Source of the DNA: a virus
Lineage: Duplodnaviria > Caudoviricetes
Length of the DNA stretch: 48,084 nt
Strand: one strand, 5' to 3'
Virus record (IMG/VR): IMGVR_UViG_3300032237_000447
Span: 1 to 48,084 of that record
Part shown: piece after piece, positions 8,567 to 18,866 of the stretch
Position numbering within the stretch: position 1 is the first letter of the stretch
How the letters are laid out: every line of letters starts with the position of its first letter
Notes under the pieces: generated by a model
Told to the model about the DNA's origin: nothing
Database searches by the model: none
Seen by the model: the letters and a program-made list of their open reading frames with translations, nothing else
Program-made: the position numbers and the translations under genes

Positions 8567-11224
8567 ATGAGTTATATTGATGCACTATTTGATCGTGAGC
8601 ACGATCGTATTCATGTAGTTGAGCGCAGAGATGGCAAGCGAGAATATCGCGAGTATCCAGCTAACTACATTTTTTATTACGAGGATCCTCGTGGTAAATT
8701 TCAAAGTATCTTTGGCACAGCCGTGTCAAGATTTAGTTCTCGCAACAACAAGGAGTTCCGCAAAGAAATTCGCATACAGTCGGGCAAGCGATTGTTTGAA
8801 TCGGATATCAATCCTGTATTCCGTTGCTTAGAGGACAACTACAAAGGCCAAGACGGTCCCAAACTAAACGTAGCATTTTTTGATATTGAGGTGGACTTTG
8901 ATCCCGAACGTGGATTTAGTCCACCAAGCGATCCATTTAATTCTATTACTGCTATTTCGGTCTACCTACAATGGCTAGAGCAAATGGTTACACTAGTAGT
9001 TCCGCCCAAGCACATGAGTCAAGAAACTGCACAAGAAATTGCCGCAGAGTTTGAAAATACTGTGGTATTTGCTTGTGAAGAAGATCTACTACAAACATTC
9101 CTGGATTTGATCCAAGATGCTGATGCCCTATCAGGTTGGAACAGCGAAGGCTTCGATATTCCGTACACAGTTAATCGTGTTACCCGTGTGTTGAGCAAGG
9201 ATGACACTCGTAGATTTTGTTTGTGGAATCAATTTCCTAAACCTAGAGAATTTGAACGCTTTGGCGCAACCAGTCAAACATATGACTTGATTGGTCGTGT
9301 ACATATGGATTATATGCAACTGTATCGAAAGTACACATACGAAGAGCGTCATAGTTATAGCCTGGATGCCATTGCTGAATATGAACTAGGCGAAAGCAAA
9401 ACTGTGTTTGAGGGCACACTAGATCAACTGTACAATCAAAACTTCAAAACATTTATTGAATACAACCGCCAGGACACAATGATCCTGGCCAAGTTAGACA
9501 AGAAGTTAAAGTTCTTGGATTTAGCTAACACCCTGGCACATGAAAACACAGTGTTACTACAAACCACTATGGGTGCAGTGGCAGTAACAGAACAGGCCAT
9601 TATAAATGAAGCTCACGAACGTGGCATGGTTGTGCCAAATCGCAAGGAGCGGTATTCGGATGAAGATACTCAAGCGGCTGGCGCTTATGTTGCCTACCCA
9701 AGAAAAGGAATCCACGAGTATGTAGGTTCTATAGACATCAACTCACTATATCCAAGCGCAATTCGAGCCTTGAACATGGGACCAGAAACCATTGTAGGAC
9801 AGTTACGTCCTGTGATGACTGATCGATATATTGCAGACAAGATGCGTGGTGGTAGTAGTTTTGCTGGTGCGTGGGAAGGCCTTTTTGGCAGCCTAGAATA
9901 CGAAGCAGTAATGGCCCTAGAAAAAGGTACAGAGATTACCGTTGACTGGCAGGATGGCAGCGAGAGTGTACACAGTGCCGCGGAAGTATGGCACACAATC
10001 TTTGACACCAACCGTCCTTGGATGTTGACTGCTAACGGAACAATATTTACATACGAGAAGGAAGCAGTTATTCCTGGCTTGTTAAAACGCTGGTATGCAG
10101 AGCGTAAAGAAATGCAGGCCCAACTTAAAGAATGTAAAAATGCAGAAGATGAAGAATATTGGGACAAGCGACAACTTGTCAAGAAGATTAATCTTAACAG
10201 TTTATATGGTGCTATCCTTAACCCCGGTTGCCGCTTTTTTGATAAGCGTATTGGTCAGTCAACAACACTCACTGGACGAGCTATTGCCAAGCATATGGAT
10301 GCCTATGTAAACGAGTGCATCACCGGCAAGTATGATCACGTAGGTGAAAGTATCATTTATGGTGATACTGACTCATGTTACTTTACTGCTTATCCTGTTC
10401 TTAAGGATTCTATAGATCGTGGAGAGATGACCTGGAACAAGGATATTGCTGTACAACTGTATAATAGTATTGCTGATCAAGTCAACACCAGTTTTCCTGG
10501 CTTTATGGAAACAGCATTCCATGTACCTAGAGAGATGGGCGAAGTGATCAAGGGTGGTCGAGAGATTGTAGCTAGTAAGGGCCTGTTTATCACCAAGAAG
10601 CGTTATGCTGTCTTGTACTATGACAAAGAGAACAAGCGTGTAGATACGCATGGCGAGCCTGGAAAAGTAAAAGCCATGGGCCTGGACTTGAAGCGCAGTG
10701 ACACTCCTAAAGTTATTCAAGAATTTTTAAGTGAAATCTTAAACGATGTGCTTACAGGCAAGACTCGCGACGACATCATTGAAAAGATTCGCGAGTTCAA
10801 ATATATTTTTAAAGAGCGACCAGGTTGGGAGAAGGGTAGTCCTAAGCGTGTAAACAACTTGACCAAATATGGCAAAGAGGAAGAACGACTGGGCAAAGCT
10901 AATATGCCAGGACATGTCCGTGCCGCACTTAACTGGAATAATTTACGCAGAATGAATGGCGACAAGTATGCCTTACAAATTGTCGACGGTATGAAAACCA
11001 TTGTGTGTAAGTTAAAACAAAATCCATTAGGTTGGACTAGTATTGGTTATCCCACCGATGAACAACAGTTACCAGCATGGTTTAAGGAGTTGCCGTTTGA
11101 CGATAGTCTAATGGAGGCAACTGTGGTAGATCAAAAGATTGATAACTTGCTGAGCGTTCTAGAATGGGACTTAGCAAGCGCCACCAATACCGAAAACACT
11201 TTTCAAACATTATTTGAGTGGTAA
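8567..11224 (+). CDS. Family B DNA polymerase (T4 gp43-like) with a 3'-5' exonuclease domain
   Basis: FFDIEV (ExoI), GWNSEGFDIPY (ExoII), YNRQD (ExoIII), SIDINSLYPS, KKINLNSLYG, YGDTDS, KKRYA. Confidence 0.97.
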   Translation: MSYIDALFDREHDRIHVVERRDGKREYREYPANYIFYYEDPRGKFQSIFGTAVSRFSSRNNKEFRKEIRIQSGKRLFESDINPVFRCLEDNYKGQDGPKLNVAFFDIEVDFDPERGFSPPSDPFNSITAISVYLQWLEQMVTLVVPPKHMSQETAQEIAAEFENTVVFACEEDLLQTFLDLIQDADALSGWNSEGFDIPYTVNRVTRVLSKDDTRRFCLWNQFPKPREFERFGATSQTYDLIGRVHMDYMQLYRKYTYEERHSYSLDAIAEYELGESKTVFEGTLDQLYNQNFKTFIEYNRQDTMILAKLDKKLKFLDLANTLAHENTVLLQTTMGAVAVTEQAIINEAHERGMVVPNRKERYSDEDTQAAGAYVAYPRKGIHEYVGSIDINSLYPSAIRALNMGPETIVGQLRPVMTDRYIADKMRGGSSFAGAWEGLFGSLEYEAVMALEKGTEITVDWQDGSESVHSAAEVWHTIFDTNRPWMLTANGTIFTYEKEAVIPGLLKRWYAERKEMQAQLKECKNAEDEEYWDKRQLVKKINLNSLYGAILNPGCRFFDKRIGQSTTLTGRAIAKHMDAYVNECITGKYDHVGESIIYGDTDSCYFTAYPVLKDSIDRGEMTWNKDIAVQLYNSIADQVNTSFPGFMETAFHVPREMGEVIKGGREIVASKGLFITKKRYAVLYYDKENKRVDTHGEPGKVKAMGLDLKRSDTPKVIQEFLSEILNDVLTGKTRDDIIEKIREFKYIFKERPGWEKGSPKRVNNLTKYGKEEERLGKANMPGHVRAALNWNNLRRMNGDKYALQIVDGMKTIVCKLKQNPLGWTSIGYPTDEQQLPAWFKELPFDDSLMEATVVDQKIDNLLSVLEWDLASATNTENTFQTLFEW

Positions 11225-11225
11225 T

Positions 11226-12935
11226 ATGAAACTTAGTGAACTTGTTGCCTTTCGAAATAGATTAGAAGAATTACCAGTCAGTGCGGCTGCACAAGTGGCC
11301 AATCACAAACTTAACATACTCATGCATACTATAAATCATCCGTCTGAACAGGCAATGGTTCAACTAGCAGAGCCATTTATACCAGCACTGGAGGCCGACC
11401 TCAAAAAAATTCATGCGGCCTTTGATGATTTTAGTATCAAAGTCGACCAGGTTAAGAAACACGTTCGAGACCAAATTGCAGAACAAGAAAAACATTGGTT
11501 TCAGGAGAGTTATAGGTTATTCGAAGCTGCAGAACTGTGTGAAAAAACTGACCAAATTCTTTATGGTAGAAAAGTTACTGGCACCAAGAGCCAGCAGACC
11601 ATAGATGCCGAAAACACACTTCGTGCAAGATTATCGACTTATGCTGATTGGCGCTGGCCTGGTATGATTATTCGCCCAGGGCTAGAAAACTTTGTTGAAA
11701 ACATGGTAGGCAGCGATCCTTTATACATCATAGATCGAGAACACAATTTACTGCAACCATGCCTTGATCGTTTTCCAAAACTATATCAAAATAGATTGCG
11801 TTCTTATACTACCAACGACTGGAGCGATGATCCAATCCTAGGAAAAATCCCCAATAACCAATTTGGTGTGTGTTTAGCCTATAATGTATTTAATTATCGC
11901 CCACTGGAAATTATTCGTCGATATCTAGAGGAAATTTATACTAAACTTCGACCAGGTGGTACCTTACTAATGACCTACAATGACTGTGACCGGGCTTCGG
12001 CGGTTATGTTAGTTGAACAATTTTGTGCCAGTTATACTCCTGGATACTTGATTCGAGATCTGACTAACAATGTAGGGTTTGATTTGATTCATACTTGGAG
12101 TGATGGTGGGCCTAGTGTTTGGCTAGAACTGCATAAACCAGGGCAACTACTCAGTAATCGAGGAGGGCAAGCCCTTGCTAAAATACACAACATTTTTGAT
12201 TACTCAGATGATATTGACTTCCTCAAAAGAAAAGCGTATACTAATGATGAGGTTAGCAACTTGCAAGAACGAGCAAGGTCTCTTGGTATTGGTGGGAAAA
12301 TCATTAAGCGTAATAAACCATACGATTTATTAGTATTAATTAAGGACACTGAAGATAAAATAAAGGAAGAACAACGCATTAGAGATTGGCGCAAGTTAGC
12401 TATAAAACATAACATTGAATTATCTTTATCAAATTGGCAAGATCTAGTAAAGGAAATTTTGGATAGAGAAGCTGAAGAACAGAATCGCATCCAAGAGGAA
12501 CAATATTTGCAACGCCTTAAAGAAATTGCAGTCTTGCAGAAGGTTGATATTAATTCTGCCAATTGGAAGGAAATCATTGAAGAAATTCTGCGTAAACAAG
12601 CCATTGAGGAACAGCGCAGAATTGAAAAAGAGGAACTTGAACAATTACAGCAACTTGCAAAAAAGTACAATATAAATGTAGATATGAGTGCCATAAACTG
12701 GAAAGATACACTTCGAAAAGTAGTATACGAAAAGAAAGTAGAAGAGGAAAGAATTGCAAGAGAATTACACGAAGAATTTGCAAAATCATTTGATCAACGT
12801 AAAAAAGAAGAATTGGCAATTCTAAGGCAACGTGCCATGGAATTACAAGTAGGTAATCCAAATCTAATTAGATATGGATATTCAGCAGAGAAATTAAAGG
12901 CTTTAATTAAACAAAAGGAAGAGGAAAACAAATGA
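11226..12935 (+). CDS. Methyltransferase-like domain plus a C-terminal helical repeat extension
   Basis: FGVCLAYNVFNY...IYTKLRPGGTLLMTY methyltransferase-like C-half; three ...NW... repeats in a charged tail; ATG at 11226 preferred over the ORF-track start at 11214. Confidence 0.55.
   Translation: MKLSELVAFRNRLEELPVSAAAQVANHKLNILMHTINHPSEQAMVQLAEPFIPALEADLKKIHAAFDDFSIKVDQVKKHVRDQIAEQEKHWFQESYRLFEAAELCEKTDQILYGRKVTGTKSQQTIDAENTLRARLSTYADWRWPGMIIRPGLENFVENMVGSDPLYIIDREHNLLQPCLDRFPKLYQNRLRSYTTNDWSDDPILGKIPNNQFGVCLAYNVFNYRPLEIIRRYLEEIYTKLRPGGTLLMTYNDCDRASAVMLVEQFCASYTPGYLIRDLTNNVGFDLIHTWSDGGPSVWLELHKPGQLLSNRGGQALAKIHNIFDYSDDIDFLKRKAYTNDEVSNLQERARSLGIGGKIIKRNKPYDLLVLIKDTEDKIKEEQRIRDWRKLAIKHNIELSLSNWQDLVKEILDREAEEQNRIQEEQYLQRLKEIAVLQKVDINSANWKEIIEEILRKQAIEEQRRIEKEELEQLQQLAKKYNINVDMSAINWKDTLRKVVYEKKVEEERIARELHEEFAKSFDQRKKEELAILRQRAMELQVGNPNLIRYGYSAEKLKALIKQKEEENK
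12362..12760 (+). repeat. Three degenerate ~40-aa protein repeats (EEQ.RI...LA.K.NI.....NW.D...EIL)
   Basis: LAIKHNIELSLSNWQDLVKEIL / IAVLQKVDINSANWKEIIEEIL / LAKKYNINVDMSAINWKDTLRKVV. Confidence 0.75.
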
Positions 12936-13654
12936 AAGATCATTTATTAGATTTAGTAGAACATACATATGATTTAGGGTGTATTGATCTTGTTAAGATC
13001 GCAGGCACTGATAAAGAAACAGTTATTAGTGGTTTAGCCGAGGATCGTAATGTAGTAGTAGAAGGTACATTTGCTAATCCAGTAGCAGATTTTATTGGAA
13101 CATTTGGTATGCCAAACTTAGGCAAACTTAAGATTCTGTTAAACTTGCAAGAGTATAAAGAAGATGCCAAGTTAAGCATTACACGCAAAGACACTGGCGC
13201 ACCAGATGGCATTAATTTTGAAAACAAAACAGGCGACTTTAAAAACAACTATCGTTTTATGGCCAGTGAAATTGTCAACGAGAAGCTCAAGACGGTCAAG
13301 TTCAAAGGTGTGAATTGGAATATTGAATTTGAACCAACCAATGCCAGCATTCAGCGTTTGAAAATGCAAGCACAGGCCAACGCCGAAGAAGTTAACTTTC
13401 AAGTTAAAACCGATGGTACTGATTTAAAATTCTTTTTTGGAGATCATTCAACTCATGCAGGTAACTTTGTGTTCCAGTCTGGGGTTGCAGGCACTCTCAA
13501 ACGCACATGGTCATGGCCAATCAAAACTGTGATCAGTATTCTTGACTTAACTGGTGACAAGATATTCAAGATCAGCGATGATGGCGCCGCACAGATTACT
13601 GTGAACTCAGGACTTGCAACTTATAACTACATACTTCCAGCACAATCTAAATAA
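12932..13654 (+). CDS. Probable DNA sliding clamp (processivity factor)
   Basis: 240 aa with a two-domain alpha/beta pattern, C-terminal YNYILP resembling clamp termini, and position near the polymerase. Confidence 0.55.
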   Translation: MKDHLLDLVEHTYDLGCIDLVKIAGTDKETVISGLAEDRNVVVEGTFANPVADFIGTFGMPNLGKLKILLNLQEYKEDAKLSITRKDTGAPDGINFENKTGDFKNNYRFMASEIVNEKLKTVKFKGVNWNIEFEPTNASIQRLKMQAQANAEEVNFQVKTDGTDLKFFFGDHSTHAGNFVFQSGVAGTLKRTWSWPIKTVISILDLTGDKIFKISDDGAAQITVNSGLATYNYILPAQSK

Positions 13655-13657
13655 TAG

Positions 13658-15211
13658 ATGACTCAAGATAACTTAACAGCCAAGCAGAACGATTACGCTG
13701 TATTCTTGCCAGCTATCAGTGGGTTTTACGCTACTTTTGTAGGCAAGCAACGTGATCTTGTCAACGGTCCGTATGTAGATCCTGCTCGCATGCCTACTGG
13801 TATTCCAGACATGGAAATGATGAACTGGCTCAATGATCAAAAAGGCCTGTTTCCATACAAGTGGTCGTTGTACTCAGGAGGTCATGCCAACTTAGATCTT
13901 AACAAGCAAGACTGGTCCGAGGACATGGTTCGTAACCGTGATCCTAATACTGTCATGTTAGGTGACTCGGGTGGATTTCAGATTGCCAAAGGCCTGTGGG
14001 AAGGCGACTGGAAGGCCGGTTCAGGTTGTCCTAAAGCACAAAAGAAGCGTGAAGCCATTCTTAAATGGTTGGATGAGATTGCCGACTATGGTATGATTCT
14101 TGATATCCCAACTTGGGTTATTCACGATAAGAAAGCCAGTGTCGCTTGTCAAATTACCACACTAGAAGAAGCAGTAGACGCTACCAAGTTCAACAACGAT
14201 TACTTTATGAAACATCGCAAAGGTGTTAAGAATGGTGGTGCCAAGTTCTTGAACGTGTTACAAGGTGCTAATCATGCTGACGCCGATCGCTGGTATGACA
14301 CAATGAAACACTATTGTGATCCTGCGGTATTCCCAGACACACACTTTGATGGTTGGTCCATGGGTGGTCAGAACATGTGTGACGTGCATTTGGTCTTACG
14401 CAGACTAGTAGCACTACGTCATGATGGCCTACTCAAAGAAGGCATTCATGATTGGATGCACTTCTTGGGCACAAGTAAATTGGAGTGGGCGGTCCTGCTC
14501 ACAGATATTCAACGTGCTGTTCGCAAGTATGTGAATCCTGCTTTTACAATCTCATTTGATTGTGCTAGTCCATTCCTCGCTACCGCTAACGGACAAGTAT
14601 ATCACCATATTGATTTGCCGCACAACGAAAAGTGGTGTTATCGTATGAGTCCTATTGTGGATGACAAGAAGTATGCCAACGATACACGTCCATATGGACC
14701 AACTGTGGTACAAGAAGGTTATGTTGATCACTTTGATGAAAGTCCTATTAGCCGGCACCTAACCATGAAAGATATTTGTATCTATAAGCCAGGCGATCTA
14801 AATAAGATTGGTAAAGAAGGCAAGACATCTTGGGATAGTTTCAGTTATGCATTGTTAATGGGTCACAATGTTTGGATGCACTTGGAAGCTGTGCAACGTG
14901 CCAATCGTGAGTATGATGCAGGTTCGTGGCCTGCCATGATGTGGAATCAAAATGGTGATCATGCTCGCTTCAAAGATATTGTAGATGCTATTTTTGCCAC
15001 GCCAAATCGTGAGGAAGCCGAAGCTATTATTGAGCACTATGATCGCTACTGGATGGACATTGTTGGCACACGTGGATTCAAAGGCAAAAAAGCCAAGAAT
15101 GCACACAGTCAGTTTAATGTCCTATTTGAAGTAGAAGAAACCAACGATGGCATCGATGCCGACGACATTGAATTAGATGAAACCAAACTAGATGAATTGG
15201 AGAAACAATGA
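13658..15211 (+). CDS. dpdA: TGT-fold transglycosylase, DpdA-like (7-deazaguanine insertion into DNA)
   Basis: MLGDSGGFQI, MILDIP, NVLQG, GWSMGG, HFLGTS and SFDCASP match TGT motifs; co-occurs with folE/queD/queE. Confidence 0.75.
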   Translation: MTQDNLTAKQNDYAVFLPAISGFYATFVGKQRDLVNGPYVDPARMPTGIPDMEMMNWLNDQKGLFPYKWSLYSGGHANLDLNKQDWSEDMVRNRDPNTVMLGDSGGFQIAKGLWEGDWKAGSGCPKAQKKREAILKWLDEIADYGMILDIPTWVIHDKKASVACQITTLEEAVDATKFNNDYFMKHRKGVKNGGAKFLNVLQGANHADADRWYDTMKHYCDPAVFPDTHFDGWSMGGQNMCDVHLVLRRLVALRHDGLLKEGIHDWMHFLGTSKLEWAVLLTDIQRAVRKYVNPAFTISFDCASPFLATANGQVYHHIDLPHNEKWCYRMSPIVDDKKYANDTRPYGPTVVQEGYVDHFDESPISRHLTMKDICIYKPGDLNKIGKEGKTSWDSFSYALLMGHNVWMHLEAVQRANREYDAGSWPAMMWNQNGDHARFKDIVDAIFATPNREEAEAIIEHYDRYWMDIVGTRGFKGKKAKNAHSQFNVLFEVEETNDGIDADDIELDETKLDELEKQ

Positions 15212-15414
15212 TCGAAAAATTACAACACCGTTTACAACATTTAGAAAACGACCATGCCGCCATGAACAAGAAGATTGACGGTTTAGAAAAAACTGGTGTA
15301 TTTGGAGATGTAACTTTGGAAGTTTTGAAGAAGCAAAGGTTGCATTTGAAAGACGAAATCAGTAAAATAAAAATTCAAATTGCTTACGAACTTGGACAAC
15401 AGGAAAACGATTAA
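15208..15414 (+). CDS. YdcH/DUF465-family small coiled-coil protein
   Basis: H..L...I..LE...LEVLKKQRLHLKDEI pattern; ATGA overlap with the dpdA-like gene. Confidence 0.7.
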   Translation: MIEKLQHRLQHLENDHAAMNKKIDGLEKTGVFGDVTLEVLKKQRLHLKDEISKIKIQIAYELGQQEND

Positions 15415-15932
15415 TGGACCGTATTGGCCACACAGATGTTAGTTTTTTTATTGGAACCGAAGTAGAGCACACGCCTGCATTTGGCCTACGCACATTATTT
15501 GTAGTAGGCTTGCAGGATCCGCAGATTATCTTACAAGAGTTCGACAATAACGAGTGTGAGCACATCTACTTTGGTGCCAACCAAAGTTTTCCACGGTTAG
15601 CAACCGACGATGGTGACGGATGGCGTGATTGGGAATGGATGATCCAGACTTGCTTGGAGAAGGTTCCTAACTACTGTACATTAGATATCGATGTAACACA
15701 AGCAGAAGGCTTGCTTGAATCCGCATTGGTGGAGTTTCATAACTTTATTCCGATGATTTCAGTTAAACTTCCCTACATTAAACAATTCGGATACAATGCC
15801 ACTATCAAACTCGATGACAAAGATTTTGCCGCAACAAACCCAGGTGTCTGGTGCCACAGTCTTCACGACTTACAAAAGCGTGAGGTGTTTACTGACTGGT
15901 CTAAATACACCAAAGACGAAATAATCAAATGA
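15414..15932 (+). CDS. Hypothetical phage protein translationally coupled to the dpdA-like operon
   Basis: 172-aa ORF with TAATG and ATGA overlaps; GTEVEHTP, HIYFGANQSF, NPGVWCHSL. Confidence 0.7.
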   Translation: MDRIGHTDVSFFIGTEVEHTPAFGLRTLFVVGLQDPQIILQEFDNNECEHIYFGANQSFPRLATDDGDGWRDWEWMIQTCLEKVPNYCTLDIDVTQAEGLLESALVEFHNFIPMISVKLPYIKQFGYNATIKLDDKDFAATNPGVWCHSLHDLQKREVFTDWSKYTKDEIIK

Positions 15933-16888
15933 TAAGTTTAGTCTGTGGTGCCGGAGGATTTATTGGTCATCACCTGGTTAACAGTTTAAAGAGTCAAGGA
16001 CACTATGTTATAGGTGCCGATCTCAAGTATCCAGAATTTGAATCTACTCAAGCAGACGAATTTTATCTTGTTGACCTTCGCGAACAAAGTGCTGTTAGAA
16101 ACGTAATCACAAATCGTATTGATACCATATATCAATTGGCAGCAGATATGGGCGGTGCAGGATATATTTTCACAGGCGAAAATGATGCAGATATCGTTCA
16201 TAATTCAGCACTGATCAATTTAAACATTGTAGAAGCCATGGTAAAAAATCACATAAAAAATGTTTTTTATACTTCCAGTGCTTGCATTTATCCTGGCCAT
16301 AATCAACTGGATCCTGACAATCCGTTACTGAGCGAAAACAGTGCTTATCCAGCTGATCCCGACAGTGAATATGGATGGGAGAAGTTGTTTAGTGAGAGAC
16401 TTTATCTTAGCTATGCTAAAAACTATGACTTGCGTGTACGTATCGCAAGACTGCACAATATTTTTGGCCCATTGGGTTCGTGGAACAATGGCAAAGAAAA
16501 AGTTCCGGCCGCATTGTGTCGCAAAGTAGCGCAAACCGATAGGGAAGTCGAAGTATGGGGGCCTGGAACTCAAACAAGAAGTTTTCTCTACATCAAAGAT
16601 TGCATAGAAGGAATTCATAGGATCCAGCAATCCGACTATAAATATCCATTGAATCTCGGCTCAGAGAGAATGATTTCTATTAATGGTCTTTGTTATTTGA
16701 TCTCAAACATAGCAGGTAAACAAATTACTATAAAAAACATCAACGGACCAACTGGAGTAATGGGACGAACTAGTCATAATCAATTAATACAAGAAATCAT
16801 TGGATGGTCCCCCGAAGACAATCTTGAGCAAGGATTGGCAGAAACTTATCAATGGATTAAAAATATGACCGAAAAGGCAAGTAAATGA
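15929..16888 (+). CDS. NAD-dependent sugar epimerase (GDP-mannose 3,5-epimerase-like)
   Basis: GAGGFIG, LAADMGGAG, SSACIYP, YGWEK, EKVPAALCRK. Confidence 0.9.
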   Translation: MISLVCGAGGFIGHHLVNSLKSQGHYVIGADLKYPEFESTQADEFYLVDLREQSAVRNVITNRIDTIYQLAADMGGAGYIFTGENDADIVHNSALINLNIVEAMVKNHIKNVFYTSSACIYPGHNQLDPDNPLLSENSAYPADPDSEYGWEKLFSERLYLSYAKNYDLRVRIARLHNIFGPLGSWNNGKEKVPAALCRKVAQTDREVEVWGPGTQTRSFLYIKDCIEGIHRIQQSDYKYPLNLGSERMISINGLCYLISNIAGKQITIKNINGPTGVMGRTSHNQLIQEIIGWSPEDNLEQGLAETYQWIKNMTEKASK

Positions 16889-18045
16889 ACATAGGAATTT
16901 TAGGAGTAGGGAAACTAGGTCTTGTATATGCCTTATCTTTTGGCCGACGCGGAGTAACCGTGTATGCTAGTAGCTACAAAGAAGAGTATGTAGAATCTCT
17001 GCAACAAAAAAACATAGATAATATCACAGAACCCGGTATTGCTGATCTATTAACAAACAATAAAAATATAAAATTTACTGTAGACAATCACGAAGTTATT
17101 AAAAACTGTGATATTATGTATGTTATGGTAGCAACTCCTAGTTTACCCGATGGCAGTTATGACATAACGGCCGTGCATGAAATTGCTAAAGATATTTTGG
17201 ATCACCCAGACAATATCAATAACAAAATTTTAATTATTGGTAGCACAGTAAATCCCGGCGATACCGAAACCATACAAAAAATTGTAGAGCCCCGAGGAGT
17301 TCGTGTAGTTTACTCTCCAACTTTTGCAGCGCAAGGTACTGTGTTACGAGATATTGAAAATCCAGTAGGATTGTTACTGGGCACTACTGACAATGACACA
17401 CTTGAAAAATGTCAAGAAGTGTTTTTTAATATTATCCCTAAAAATACACCAGTGTATCAAGTTCATTCCACCAGCGCCGAAATATTAAAAATTGCATTAA
17501 ATTGTTATAGCACTATGCGCATTAACTATTTTAATATGGTCGGCCAAGTACTAATCAAAAGTGGTCTAGACCAAGACATTAAAAAAGCCAACGAATGCAT
17601 TAGTCATTCTGATAATAAAAAAGGAAACTTGCGCTTTGGTTTTGGGTATGGCGGTCCTTGCTTTCCTCGAGATAACCGATCATTTTCCAATTATATGGAC
17701 AAAATTGGAATGACACATCACTATGCTGATTTAACAGATCAATTCAATCAAGAGCATATTAAGTTCCTTACACAGTATTTTTTAGACACAAATGTCGATG
17801 GCTTAGATTTTTATTTTCCATATATTAGTTATAAACCGGGTGTTAAGATTTTTGAAGAGAGTCACCAATTGGATGTTTGTCAAAACCTGTTGTCCAAAGG
17901 TGCCAATGTTTTTGTAGAACCAACCGAATTTGTAGATCCGATTGTACAAAAAGAATTAGAGGACATGTGGGGAGCCCAAATTCAGTTTGTAGCATTGGCT
18001 GATTTGGAAAAATCTAATCATCCGTTATATAAAATTAAACTTTAA
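16885..18045 (+). CDS. UDP-glucose/GDP-mannose dehydrogenase family protein
   Basis: GVGKLG, VATPS, STVNPG, AEILKIALN, GYGGPCFPRD. Confidence 0.9.
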   Translation: MNIGILGVGKLGLVYALSFGRRGVTVYASSYKEEYVESLQQKNIDNITEPGIADLLTNNKNIKFTVDNHEVIKNCDIMYVMVATPSLPDGSYDITAVHEIAKDILDHPDNINNKILIIGSTVNPGDTETIQKIVEPRGVRVVYSPTFAAQGTVLRDIENPVGLLLGTTDNDTLEKCQEVFFNIIPKNTPVYQVHSTSAEILKIALNCYSTMRINYFNMVGQVLIKSGLDQDIKKANECISHSDNKKGNLRFGFGYGGPCFPRDNRSFSNYMDKIGMTHHYADLTDQFNQEHIKFLTQYFLDTNVDGLDFYFPYISYKPGVKIFEESHQLDVCQNLLSKGANVFVEPTEFVDPIVQKELEDMWGAQIQFVALADLEKSNHPLYKIKL

Positions 18046-18057
18046 TATCCAATATTG

Positions 18058-18086
18058 TTGCATAATCTTTGCCTTTATCGTATAAT
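18058..18086 (+). promoter_or_regulatory. Sigma70-like promoter
   Basis: TTGCAT-17 nt-TATAAT; shares the flank aatattgttg with the 5988 promoter. Confidence 0.55.
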
Positions 18087-18110
18087 ATCAATATAAATTA
18101 GGATTACAAA

Positions 18111-18572
18111 ATGATACAAGCACAACGAGAAATCATCGAACGCATTAAAAAATCAGCTGAACGCAAGATCTGGGTTACATTCCGTAAAGAAGGTATTCAT
18201 TGCTATCCGGCGGCTGCAACGGATCCAAACTTAAATACAGCTGGAGAATATGATGTATCGTTTCTTGCTAATCCTCATAGGCACATTTTTCATTTCCGGG
18301 TGTGGATCGATGTCTTCCATAACGACAGAGATATCGAATTCATCCAGTTCAAACGCTGGCTCGAAAATCTCTATACCAGTCACAGAAGTGATGCGAATTC
18401 CGTTTTAGCACTAGACTGGAAAAGTTGCGAGATGATCGCAGATGACTTATATATACAGATAGCACAACGGTATCCCGAACGTGCTGTTTGGATTGAAGTA
18501 GCCGAAGATGGTGAGAACGGTTGCCTCATTAAATATGAACTTTCTCGCCCAACACATAGCATTAAAATTTAA
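18111..18572 (+). CDS. QueD-like T-fold protein, DpdL-like (putative CDG decarboxylase)
   Basis: EGIHCYP, LANPHRHIF (LxxxHRHxF in place of the QueD CxxxHGH), SCEMIA, VWIEVAEDGENG. Confidence 0.65.
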   Translation: MIQAQREIIERIKKSAERKIWVTFRKEGIHCYPAAATDPNLNTAGEYDVSFLANPHRHIFHFRVWIDVFHNDRDIEFIQFKRWLENLYTSHRSDANSVLALDWKSCEMIADDLYIQIAQRYPERAVWIEVAEDGENGCLIKYELSRPTHSIKI

Positions 18573-18583
18573 AAGGAAACACC

Positions 18584-18814
18584 ATGGGCAAGCGTGAATT
18601 TCGTCCCAATCCCCGAGCTCTAGCCATTATGGAAGACTTGGATCTTTTTCGCGAGTTCTGTGTAGACTACGGATATCGCTACAACGAAGCAGACTTGTAC
18701 AATTTCAAAGCATACGCTTGGCAACAGTACAACAAGTTTACCCAAGGCAAAAATGCCAAGAACATGTGGGAAGAAGATACCCGCAGATTCTCTGGATATC
18801 GTCGCCATGCTTAA
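18584..18814 (+). CDS. Hypothetical protein
   Basis: SD aagga; 76-aa ORF. Confidence 0.65.
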   Translation: MGKREFRPNPRALAIMEDLDLFREFCVDYGYRYNEADLYNFKAYAWQQYNKFTQGKNAKNMWEEDTRRFSGYRRHA

Positions 18815-18866
18815 ACTATTAGTTTATGTTGCTAGAACGCCAATAGCAGGATACTAAACTTAAAAT

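Noticed and set aside
8567-11224. Possible intein or intron in the DNA polymerase
   Set aside because: The ORF is continuous, of normal length, and has no intein termini or homing-endonuclease motifs
13658-15211. Calling this a standard queuosine tRNA-guanine transglycosylase (tgt)
   Set aside because: It is much longer and more divergent than bacterial Tgt, has no evident CxCxxC zinc motif, no queA/queF is nearby, and it sits in the replication operon; a DNA-directed role is preferred but not proven
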